Below are positions 1 to 11,971 of a stretch of 64,000 nucleotides of DNA, piece after piece. The notes beneath the pieces are model-generated. The model did not search any database. It saw only the letters and a program-made list of their open reading frames with translations, and was not told where the DNA came from. Made by a program: the position numbers and the translations under genes. Position 1 is the first letter of the stretch, and the number at the start of each line of letters is the position of its first letter. Source of the DNA: Paraspadella gotoi (Eukaryota > Animalia > Chaetognatha); contig CM119266.1 in assembly GCA_051294375.1 (NCBI GenBank), positions 13,518,735 to 13,582,734 of the forward strand. Reading direction: 5' to 3'.

Positions 1-425
1 GTTCACTGATGGTATGTTGTTCATAATTGACTTTTAGAATTTTCGTATGTAACTTTCACTACGCCTTACTCTTCAGCCCACTAAGCGCATTCTCCACAAT
101 ATATATGATCGATGTTGTCACTTAAACTTAAAGACAAAGCTTTGAATAGAAGATGCAAACATCCCTAATAATTGATTCAGTTCAATGACCTTCTTGAAAC
201 TCCTCCTTTTTATTAAAACTCTAATAACTTTCCTTACTTTTCGTATAATTTTCTTCTAATCAGACCAAAGTTATACAACGATATCTGCCAATTTTTTTGT
301 TTATTTCGCAGATTGAAAGTCAATTTTTACCTCTTATCTTCGTGGTTTTTATCTGTATGTAAAATTTCTATTTTATCAGACATCGTAATGGAGAGAGTCT
401 CAGAGAAGTGTGGCGAGGGAGGAGA

Positions 426-435
426 NNNNNNNNNN
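426..435. other. Assembly gap (10 N)
   Basis: Run of n characters. Confidence 0.99.
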
Positions 436-1454
436 GTCCGAAAGATTTCCGCGTTGGATCGATTCCCCCGATATTTATTGGTCGAGTCGATGGAACTAAA
501 TCGATAAAACGAAATGAAAACTAAAAAGAAATTCCGATTATTTTTCCTCGAACCGAGAGAGAGAGAGAGAGGGAGAAAAAAAAACCCACTCTAAATCCGT
601 TCTCGTTATATATCGATTGCTTTTCCTCCCCGCCTCCTATCCGTTATTTATCGCGATATATTTTCGAATCGCAACGTTTCAAATCTTCCATAACCACGCA
701 CTTTTCCATCTTCCTTCTCCGCGTAATCCCCTACTCCTCCTCTTCCTCCTCCTCCTCCTCAGTCCCCCACTTCTCAACCCCCCCCCCTCCGCGCCTGCTG
801 TAACAGAGAGATAAGATAGCATCGCAAATTCCTTATCTCTGTTTTCCTATGTGTGTGCCCCTCGCGCAGACCGATAGAAGAGGAGGGTCCGGCCACTCAC
901 CGCGCGCGCGCCAGTGTCGGGAGCGTACGTGCACGCACGAAGGCGCGTGTTTTTTTGCTTGAAAGACGCCTTTGCGTGCGCCTGGTTGTTTTTTTTTTCG
1001 TAGTCTTTTTTTTACGGGAGAGACTTAAGTAATAACAGTAAGAGTTAAAAATGAGATTGTCATAGCGGACGTATCATCGAATTAGTACGAACTTGTACGT
1101 ACTTGTGGTTATGAGTGCATGTGTTCCATCCTCGCCATCTCAGAACCTAAACGTTTACGTCTTGACGTAGAGAAATTCGGTCGATACGACAATCAATGAT
1201 AACCGACAAAGAAAACGAAGTGCGCGTCACTAAAACTCATGTTAAATTCCTCTCTCTCTCTCTCCCCTTCTCTCCTCCCCGATTTAACCTCCTCTCTCTC
1301 TCCTCCCTTCCTCCGTTCCATCTCTCCGTATCCTTTATTCTTATCTCTGCCAGGTAAGTCGCTGCCTCCGATCGCGCGTTCACGTTTTACCGTGTTTCGA
1401 GTTTTTTTTTCGCCCTTCTCTCTCTTTTCTCTACTTATTCTCAGTCTCTCCTCC

Positions 1455-1488
1455 TTCTCTCTCTCTCTCTCTCTCTCTCTCTTCCTCT

Positions 1489-1522
<34 letters not shown>
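1455..1522. repeat. (CT)n/(GA)n microsatellite; representative of many others (about 2387-2439, 2971-3003, 4640-4691, 6041-6110, 6278-6374, 7092-7143, 18870-18987, 63735-63831)
   Basis: Dinucleotide arrays seen directly; they explain the spurious ER/SL-repeat ORFs in the track. Confidence 0.97.
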
Positions 1523-1525
<3 letters not shown>

Positions 1526-2380
1526 TTTCTTTTCCGCGTGCAGCTCACTCGCTCGCGCACGCATTCGTGGCGATAAGGAGCGTGCGTCTTTTCGGCCCCT
1601 TATCTCTAAATTCTCAAAACGAAGCGGCGGCGAGGGCGGCAGCAGCAGCGGCGGCGACCGCCGTTTCTATTTTCGCAGCGGCGCGTTATCAAAGTTTGGA
1701 TCTGATTAGGACCGAATTCCATCCAAGATATCCGCGCGCAGTCCCGGATTTTTTTTCCCTTCCATTTTCTGATATGTTTTTTTACTTCTGTCATTTTTTC
1801 GGATATATTTAGAATATTTACATACATATATATTTATGATTTTGACCAAACTTGAATTTTAAGATTCTTATTATTTCAGTACGTCACATACTGTTTCTAT
1901 TTAAAGGGATTTTGTGAGAATAAGAACTTTTAATCGTTAAATGTTTGGTAGATTAACTCAATTTGTCTATATGGAACTGTAAGTACAAGACAATAAATAT
2001 AAAATTTTATTATTTTTCGCATCGATTACCGAAAATACGTTCATGCAATAAAAATTAGTATTTCTTATCTCAATGAAAAATATCGCGGCGGCTTTTCACC
2101 GATGAGTCGTAGTTTCTCCGCCTCCGCAGCCGTCGCCGCCCAGCAGCCTCCGCCGCGGCGGCGACTCCTTCGCCGCCCTGAGGCCGCGAGCTTATCTTTC
2201 CCCTTCGCCATATATGGTAAGCTTATCTTTGCTATGAACGCGGCTCCGTGTTTGCTCGAAGCCCGAAAATAAAAGAAGGAAATAACAAACTTTGCTGCGA
2301 AGGGACGAGTTAGCGACATAAAGAAAAAAGAATTAAAATTTAGCGAGACAATGTTAAAGGTGAATGACAACTATGAGATA

Positions 2381-2440
<60 letters not shown>

Positions 2441-2966
2441 ATCGAAAATAACAAAATCCAATTAACTTCGATTCAGTTCGATCATGCAATCTCTCCTCTC
2501 TCAAAATTTCCCTCGTTGTTTTCGAAAATTTCCTTTAGAATATTTGATGATGAATTTAAAAAGAGAAAAAAAAATCTCTCTACAAAAAAGAATACTCTCA
2601 GCCTGGTCCTGTAGTTGGCGATACAGTTTACACCTACGAAAAGTGAGGTTTTGTGAGGTCTTTGACCGGCGACTCTATGTCGACGATCGTCGTTCTAAGG
2701 ATATTTTGGTGACGGCCATTCATTCCCCCTCCCTCCGCCCCCTCCCGTTGCAACGCTCATATGCACGCGGGTTTTGAGGAACCGTGCGGAAGTAGCGGTT
2801 CATTGATCCTCACCGCCTCGATCTCTCACGAACGGAAAAAGACTTTTTCCCAAACAGAACTTCCATATTTCATCTCCGGCGTGACTTCCCGCCGAAATCC
2901 TATTTTCAAAGAATCCAAAGTTGTATTTGACCACCGTCTTTCACCCTTATCGCACGAGAACGGGGA

Positions 2967-3007
<41 letters not shown>

Positions 3008-4636
3008 TCGCCTCATTCCATCAAACAAAATCCATGTTCATCTTTCTTTATTCCCTCTCATCTTCTTTTCCCATCTTTCCATCACACAAGAAAAGAAAGA
3101 AAGAAAATTTTTTGGCGGCGAAGAAAAAAAAAGGAATGACTCCGTCTATCGACTCCACCCGGGTCAGTTGCCCTTTCATTCCATTTTCCGGTGCCACGCC
3201 CTCTTCTTGGAAAGGGGCGCGCCCTTTTTTTCCGGTGCCGCGGGCGCGTGTCTCTCTTATCGTTTCGTTTCCGGTGGACAAAATTCCGCGTTGATGAGGT
3301 GCCACCGAGCGGCTTCTTAATCATTTCCGGTCAACTTTTCTCTCTCTTTCTCTCTCCCTCTCTCTCTCTCTCTTTCTCTCCTTCCCCATTCACACATGAG
3401 AAGGAGAAGATGCCCTCTTTTGTCAGCTTAAGCCCTCCCCTTGTCAACGGTGTCAGACGCCGAATAGGAGCTGGCATCATATCACACTTGACCAAATCGC
3501 GAGAGGGAGAAATTAATGGGAATCTATCACGGTCTTAGCTGGAAGACGACGAGGAGGAGGAGAAAATAAGAGGAGGAAGAGGAGGAGGACGTAGAGCGAT
3601 GTGGGGAGGAGGAAGAGGAAGAGCGAAACTATGGTGTAATTATCGCGAAAGCTAAGAATCACGAAGCGACGTCGTCGCCGACTAGTGGCATTTTATTTTT
3701 TTTCATCCGATGATGATGATGATGATTATGATGATTTGATTGGATTGGATTTGATCTGATTTAATTTGATTTGATTTATTATGCTCCTACGATTTAATGC
3801 GATTTAAACATGATGATGATCATGCCAAATTTTAATTTAGCCATGGCGGTTTGTTATCGATCGTCAACCTTGAGAGGCATGGCACTTTTCAACTCAAAAT
3901 CAAATCTAACATAATTTGCTAAAGGTTTCTTTACTTCACAGGCAATCTAACACGCGAATTCATTTCAAGACTCATAAGTTTTAGTTTTACAATTTATAAC
4001 TTGTTCGTCACCCAGTAGCAGCACAATCACTTTTCTCTCTGGCCAAAAAAACTTTTTCGTAGATTCTTTCACTCCTTAATCCGTCCGTTGCCTCCGGGAA
4101 CTCTTTTCTAGTTAAAAAAAAAAATATTGACCCAGGCCTCGAACGCTTGACCTCCCCGATCCAAAGAACTCTGGGTCCGGCCGAGAAGAACGAGAGTCTT
4201 CCTCTTTTTTCTTCCGCTTCGCCGAAATTCTTTCCGCCGGCGAACGACTTCATTGCGAATTCAAATCTCGCTCCTTTCCGTCGAAGCTGGACCCCGATTT
4301 GATATTCACCGCCGGCAGGCGGCGCGGCGGCAGGGCGGCGGTCAGTTAACCTCCTCTGGACTCCTGACTACGAAAGACTTTTGAGACGTGACGCAAAACG
4401 AGATAAAAAAGCGCGAGAGAGGTTGATCTCGAAATATCCCTCTCTCAGCCCCTCGCCCCCCCCCTAAAAAAAAAGAAAAAAGGGAGGCCAGAGGAAAATT
4501 CTTATCGGCTCGAGAAAACCTGGAGAGAGAGAAGCCGCCGGAATTTTGCCGGAAGCCGAGATTCCGTAGCCGGAAGTCAAGAGATGAAAGTCGGGAGACG
4601 CCAACCGCGGAATACAAAATCGAAGAATATGGACAC

Positions 4637-4692
<56 letters not shown>

Positions 4693-5797
4693 TATTTAAC
4701 GCCGTCTTGACAACTACGATTGGCCTCCCAATAAAGTAGTCGCGGCGTCTCTTCATGACAGCTTCGTAGACTGCTGCAACCATTTAGATTGGCAGTGACT
4801 TTACTACGAAATGCCCAAAGTTCTATGGGACGACCGCAATTGCACCAATGCAAGATTCTCAAGGGTGTAGGAAACGACAGAGCAATATCAATATCAATGT
4901 TTATTTTATCATAATATCTACAACACCCAATCTTGATGTCGAAAACGAAAAAAATATGTTTTGATTGTCCTCTTATTTTGAGGTATTTTTTTATCTCGCC
5001 AGACGAGCTTAGGCTCGTCTTGGGCGAGATTTTGGTTTACTTTTGCTTCTTAATGACGTCGTCGTTATCGTTATTACACTTTTTTACAATTAGATATTAT
5101 AAAAGTCTGCAATTGTAAAAATCGAAATATTTGTTTCATATTGATACAAGAATTTGTTTGTTTTATTTACAAAACAATTAAAACAATTTTTACATAAAAA
5201 CTATTACGAATTATGGTTAATTCTTTTAAAAGTGTGTAATCACATGATAGAACAAGAGACAATCCATTTCAGGTTGCTCAATCACTAGATTTGTCAATCC
5301 TGAGTTAGAAAAAAAACTATTGTTTTAATTTTAATTCTAAATAACAAAATTATCACAAATAAAAAGAGTTTCGTAAAGAATTAATGCATTTCAATTAAAT
5401 TCATTCATTCAATTCATTTCATTTAATTATTTTTATTGAATTAATTTCATTTTATTTCATTCAATTCATTCCATCCATCATTCGTTATCATCGCATCAAT
5501 CAAAAATTCGTTATCATCGCATAAATCATTTGGTTTTTTTTATATGAATATTGAGCGATTGATCTTTGTGCTTTTAAGATTTTTTCATTAATTTTCTTTG
5601 ATAGTAACGATTGGCGAGATTACTATACTTTTAAGATATTTATGTTAAATAACCAAAATTTCAAAATAAAAAAACTTCACTATTTGTCCAGAAAGTTTTT
5701 CTCTCAACTCTCAGACTCATTCTCAAGTCCCATTGTCGTTTTCAACAAGAATAAAAAAAACGTCGAAATTTCTTAGCTTAAATAAAGCAGGATTCTC

Positions 5798-5834
<37 letters not shown>

Positions 5835-6039
5835 GAATTCCAGATTTCCAAAGGGAGATAAGGGAGAAAAAGGTACTCAAACTAGAGGCAGGAAATCTAT
5901 AGAAAGTCGATAAGCAGCAGAGATAAGAAAGAAAGAGATGGTTTCGTAGATAAGGCGGCCGCAGACGAAGAAATTTCGAATCCAAACACCGGGGCGAACA
6001 GATTTGAAAAAAAAGGACTTTAGTTTTACTACTTTCATT

Positions 6040-6105
<66 letters not shown>

Positions 6106-6277
6106 AGAGAAGATTTGGACTGCTTGAATATCGATATGTATTCTGAAAGGATCGCTGGAAATCGATGATAAAACTTCTTCAGATAAAATGTCATGATTTT
6201 AATATAATTATGCAGACAACAACATAGAAAAAGATAGCGGCGGGGAGAAAGAAAAACAGGGTAGTAGGGGTGATTTT

Positions 6278-6376
<99 letters not shown>

Positions 6377-7088
6377 CCCGATGTTTTCGAGCGATAACGC
6401 TGCGGCGGCCGTAGTTCGCCAGATAGAGATCGAGATAAAAAGGAAAGAGTTGCCACTGAGCCTTCACCTTTTCCGAGAAACACTTCTCATTGGATTAAAC
6501 CTTTGGTCCTCCCTAAACAAAATAGGGGCAGAGTCGAATTCGTTCCTATCGTTATCGCTTTTTGAGCAATTATTTAGATAACGCTTTTTTTTAGCAGGAA
6601 TATTATATTTTTTTTAATAAATTTATTTAGTAACTACATTTAAAAAAGAGCTTAGACAAATAACAAATTGACATAAACTCGTGATAGATATTGGATTTGG
6701 AGATAGAAGGGTTTGCGCACTGCGTAATATAAAATTTAATCCCATTTTAGTTTTAGCAAATTCTGTTACTCCGTGAGTCAGAACGGATGGTATTGAAAAA
6801 TAATTAGTCTTATTCGTCTATGTATTTAGATACATTCAATCTGATTGTTTTATTATTTAGAAAGTTATTGATGTTTTAGGTGTCTTAATTTCGAATAAAG
6901 GATTGGGCGCCAATGACGCTTAAAATAAAAAAACAAAAGGCAGTCGTTGAAAATTATATGAAAAGCCGAATGACGACGGAGATCGAATACTCAACAGAAA
7001 CTCTGATAACAGTTTGAGATAAGGAAAGAGAAAATCTGGACGCCGAAATAGATTCAACTCTTGAGATAAGAACGGAGCTCTGGGGATG

Positions 7089-7145
<57 letters not shown>

Positions 7146-10100
7146 TGACGTCAGGCTGTGACAGCTTATCCAAGCGACAGCCGCAATAATCAGGCTCTAT
7201 GGTGCCATAGTATCGCAAAATTTGAACAAAACAACGCAGATATTTGAAAATGAGCCAACAAATGTTTTTTTTTTTGACATTATGCATACTTTATGCATAC
7301 GAACTATTTTGTGCATGCAGCACAGCATGGTAAGCTCTTTCACATTTCTTTATCTTTTTTTTCATTCTTGGCAAAAAAAGAACTAAGAAGGTAGGTTTTC
7401 CGTCTTCGTTCGAGCAAATATCCTTTCCTCTTAGCTTATCTCTCGCCTGCATCTTTCGTTGGGATATCGTCTTTATCTCCTTTCGGATTGTCATTTTGCT
7501 CGGTTCGTCTGGCTCGCTTCATCCGAATCTTTTCCTTTGGAAACTTACATCTTTCTCTCTTTTTTTTTTTTTTATTAGGCGACCTCAGATTTACGTTATG
7601 AGGCATATAAAGAAAATGTAGATATGATCGAATAACTTGGAATAGTCGAAACTTTTGTGGTATATATCTAAGCTGGGTTGAACGAGGTTAAAGTGTAAGA
7701 CATTTCATTTTCATTTCAACGAGTAAGACAGTATCTCGTGGTTTCTCCGTTTTTTTTTCTTTTTTTATTTCGTTAATCACATAATCAAAGCAAAGGCTTA
7801 TTCATATCAATCTCCCTCCGGATGTCGACCAACAAAAAAAAAACAAAAAAACAAAAAAAAACAAAGAGAATATTTTAAATGAGAAAATACACCCAGATTA
7901 AAAAACTATAAATTTAGTGTAAATAACCTCGGAAAAAAAAATACAGTACTATATAGACAATGTATTAGATTAAGAAAGACTTACGCTTGAGAAGTGGTTT
8001 CGGATGAGGTTGCTTACGCCGGGACATAGTTGATTAATTTTGAAAGTTTTATTCAGGGGGATTTTCCAGACTTGGTTTCCGTCTTTGCAATTTCGAGGCC
8101 AGAAACACTGATAGCGACGCGTGGAGAGCGGCAAAGAGGAAATAAGTGACACAGTTTTATTTCAATTCGACTGGAGACGGGAGAGGTCAGTGGACGAAGA
8201 GACGCTAAAACGTCACACGTGGCAGTTTCGCGTCGGCATTCACGAATAACGGACGCTTTTTCTCTTTGTAGCTCGACTCGTAGATAAAAAAAAAATAGTA
8301 TTTTATCTGATTAATAAAAGTTGTGAGACCGAATTCGCGTCGACCAGATGATATCGCTTATCTTAACTGATAACGTCCGCGAAAAAACGAACAAACATTC
8401 GAGAAATGTTCCACGCAAAATGATAAGGGCATAATTCGACGAGAAAATAAAGAGGGGGTGAGTGTTCACGAACGAGTTTTTGAACAGAGACTGTTATATT
8501 TGCTAATCCGAAATTTTCTAGTTACGAAATCGTTTTGAAGCCGTTGCGCGCGAAAGAGAGATGACGCGGTTTGCGCAAACGAGCCACGTCTCCGCATGAC
8601 GTAAAACTGTGAACGGCGCCGAGACAGAAATCGCGAATTTCCGTCGACGCGCGCGCTGCGCTCGAGAGAGAGAGAGAGAGAGAGAGAGAGTGTGACCGAA
8701 GATGTTTTCACGACTAAAAAAACGATTTTAATTGAGACAGAGACATTGCGACGAGCGATAGTTGAGATCGTTTTAAAAAAAGTCTATTTAATTGGTGTTC
8801 GCTCGCAAAATCAGAACTAAATAAAACCCGTTTATATAACGTCTGAAATGCGAGAGTTTCCACTCATTTCGAGCTTGTTCTCTTCAGACCTTCGAATAAG
8901 TTAAACTGATCTTCATAGCGCCGTTCGAACTCGTTTGGTTAATTCGCGCAGGGACTGCGACCGAGAGGCTGCAGCTTAATGCTGCCGTTATGCAGCGGAG
9001 CATCCGTAATTCCGCGGCAGCAGTATAGGGTGAATGAAGTAAAAACAGTTATAATTTTCAGTAGCAAACAAACCTAATACAACCGTAACCCGATATAAAC
9101 CTATTAAAATTTTATAATAAAAACTTTCCTATTGATTGGTTATAATTTTATTTAGCAATGAACAAAAAAAACTTGCCTTAAAAATTTTAAAAATATTTTT
9201 AAAATTCTTTTTATCTAATTTTCTAAACACTTTTTAAAAAAATATTATTATTATTAAAGGTTAATTTTACTTTCGCCAACCGGGGTTAAAGAAAGGTTGA
9301 GGGTAATTTAAGGTTAAGGGTAATCAAGGTTAAAAAAGTTTAAAGTTAAGGTAATTAAATTTTTTTTAAATAAATATTTTTAAATAGTTTTTTAAAAAAC
9401 GGCTAAAATATAATTTAACCATTATTAATATATTCTAAAAGCTTTTACAATTTTTAAAAAAATATATTTAAAAATATTATAATATAAAAATAAACTTAAC
9501 TAGCAATAACTGACCAAATATAAATATTAATAAGAACAGTATTAAACGAATCCATTAATGGTATTAATTATTGTATTAAAATATTTTTTTGCAAAAATGT
9601 TCCGAACCATAAATAATTTGTGAACTAAAATTATTATATTACTATATAATATCAATTTTTTTTTTTTTAAATATTTTAAATTTTTTTAATTGATTCTGAT
9701 AAAGCTCAAAAAGTTAAAACAAAAAATGTAATTATAACTTTTTAAAATTTTAATATTTTATAATTAAAAATTTTAAAAAACTTAAAATTATCGAATGATG
9801 ATAATATTTTTTTAAGTTTTTCCCCAAATTTGACCCACTTATCAAAATATTGAAAAAAGAATTCTATCATGTAGTTCTTCCCCACCAACAAGTGAGCATC
9901 TGATCAGCAACGCGACATCTCCCGAGAAAAAAACGAAGAGGAAAACTCCTCTTCCCCGCCTTCTCTTCCCCCTCCCGTACGCTACCTCAGTACGCCGACA
10001 CGAGACAGAATCACTTCTTCTGTTCGCGCCTTTGCGCTCACAATCTCCCGGCTTTTTTACGAAAATATTTTTTGATTATTTTTGTTGAAATAATTTTGCA

Positions 10101-10215
10101 TATTTTTCGTTTCTCTTTTTTGGGAGTTCAGAATACAGATATTCTTCAACACGTGGCTTTTTTTGAAGTTCTCTCTTCACGGCCGCCATCTTTTTCGTCT
10201 TCGTTGTGCGTGGCT

Positions 10216-10370
10216 TCGGAGGGAAGAGCCTTGACTCGGCCCTTTCGCTTGCCCTCGACGCACCCTGCGCGGCTGCGGAGGGAAGAGCCGCGACTCGGCC
10301 CTCTCGTTTGCCCTCGGCGCTTAGTACGGCTGCAGGGGGGAAGAACCTTGTTTCGGCCCCTTGTTTGTCC
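10216..10370 (+). repeat. Three degenerate ~58-bp tandem repeats in the DIRS-like leader
   Basis: Unit cggagggaagagcc..gactcggccct..tcg.ttgccctcg recurs at about 10217, 10276 and 10333. Confidence 0.8.
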
Positions 10371-10757
10371 AGTGCTCTCCGTTTTTTTTTTGGACTGAGG
10401 CGCGTGTTTTCAACTCGACTACCCTCATGTCTCTTCCGCCGCCGCCTTCGCCGCCGCCTCCACCATCAGCCATTCCGGGCTTTTCTGGTCAGGCCGAAGT
10501 CATGCCCCTTCAGATGGAGGCAGTTCTGCTCCAAATAGCAACGCTCTTTCTAGCGTTCGTCGCGAATTTAAGGAGTTTCGCCGCTCGTCTCCTTCCGAGT
10601 TGGAGAGTCTTCGGCGGTAGCTTTTTCTTTTCGTTTTTGGTTTTTCGCCTTTTTTTTTGGCGTACATTCGGCGTACAGAGGGTTTTCCTCCTGTGCCCCA
10701 CCTAACTCGACTTTGTTTGTTTGTTTTTTGTCGGGCCTTCGCCTGGTCTTGTTACAG

Positions 10758-10843
10758 GCTCACTTGTTGGTGGGAAGAACTACATGATAGAATTTGTGGT
10801 TCTATATGGAACCGGGATTCTTCATGGTTCTTCCCCACAACAA
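10758..10843 (+). repeat. Internal complementary region (ICR) of DIRS-like element 1
   Basis: gctcacttgttggtgggaagaactacatgatagaat is the reverse complement of 9861-9897; the following ttgtggttctatatggaaccgggattcttcatggttcttcccca is the reverse complement of about 12286-12330. Confidence 0.9.
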
Positions 10844-11269
10844 CCACCCACGTCCACCCCTGGCACCACCGGTGGTGGAGGGCGGCTCAGGCTCGCTTGT
10901 CTTGTTTGGTGGGTGTTTTTTGGGGTTCCTTTTTTTGAGACTGTCATTTTTCAATGATTTCTCTTTTTTTCCATGTACGTTTTCTTCATGGTTCTTGGAC
11001 GCCTCTGTTCGCCATTTCGCCGTTCTTCGTCGATCTTCGTTTGTTCGCCAGCGACTTGGAGTCTTCGCGTTCTTTGCGGCCTCTTGGCGGCGGATTGGCC
11101 TTCGCGCTCCGAGCGGGTGACTGCGTCACGCCTTCCTCGTCGAGCCCCGTCTGCGCAAGTCGACGACGACGCCTCCGTTTCCGGATCAGAGGAGGGTTCC
11201 TCCTCTGAAGAGTCTGCTGCGGGTTTTTGACAACTTCTTGTCTCGTCGTGCTTCTATACAGCCTTCGGA

Positions 11270-11971
11270 GTGGGTCCTGCAGCAGTGGAAGGATTTGCGC
11301 AGAGTTGGCCAGGACGACGTTCTTTTACCGTCGTGGGACGTGCTTTCCGCCAATACGCGTTTCCGGCGCTGGTCGGATGTTTCTTCGCCGGCGGAGTTTC
11401 GTCCTCCTGCTCAGAGAGTTGCCTTGCCGCTCAGTTCGACGCCGTTCGGAAGGACTCCAAGACGACGCGCGCTTTCAAGGCTTTTGAGCGCATCATGAGG
11501 GACGCCGGAGCGTCCGCTCATGCTGTCCTTTCTTTCGCTGACGCTCTCCCGCCTCATGGTTGAGGCCCTACGCTCGAGGGGCCCGGTGCAGTGGACGCAG
11601 GCCACCTTGACGATCTTGCCAAACCCCTTGGAGACGCCTCGTCGGGTTTGGCGGCGATTTTTGGTTCGGCCCTCTCCGAGTCTCGGCGCTTAGTTGTCGA
11701 CGCTGCCCCTTCGGATCTCAAGACAGTTCTGTCCAGTTCTCCGCCCTCCACGTCGTTCTTTTTCGGAGACCGCTCCACAGACGTCACTCAAGCGTTCCAT
11801 TCTTCGCTTCTCCGCTCCGGGGCGCCACACAATTGCGCCTGTTCTGCTAGCCGCAAGCGTGGGCGTGGCAGTCCGCGTAGTCCCGCTCGCCGTCCCTACC
11901 GGCCTCGCAAGTATTCGCCGCTTCCCAAGCGTAGGGGCGGGGCTCCAGGGACGTCTAAGGACGCCGACTGA
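11270..11971 (+). pseudogene. DIRS gag-like ORF with one in-frame stop at 11561-11563
   Basis: MRDAGASAHAVLSFADAL...LAKPLGDASSGLAAIFGSALSESRRLVVDAAPSDLK aligns by eye with MQEAGASGHAALFVADEL...LASPLRDIASIQATAFNAALLEVRRSVLSKAPSDLR (ORF 44211-44786); basic C-terminal tail. Confidence 0.75.

Noticed and set aside
5480-5530. ttatcatcgcatcaat units, also inverted at about 46585-46625
   Set aside because: Short low-complexity dispersed repeat with no regular spacers; not CRISPR-like.
1193-8711. Many ORFs with ERERER or SLSLSL runs
   Set aside because: Translations of (GA)n/(CT)n microsatellites; no domain content.
8979-9021. Inverted repeat tgctgccg...cggcagca as a possible structured RNA
   Set aside because: Only an 8-bp stem and no recognisable ribozyme, tRNA or snoRNA motifs.
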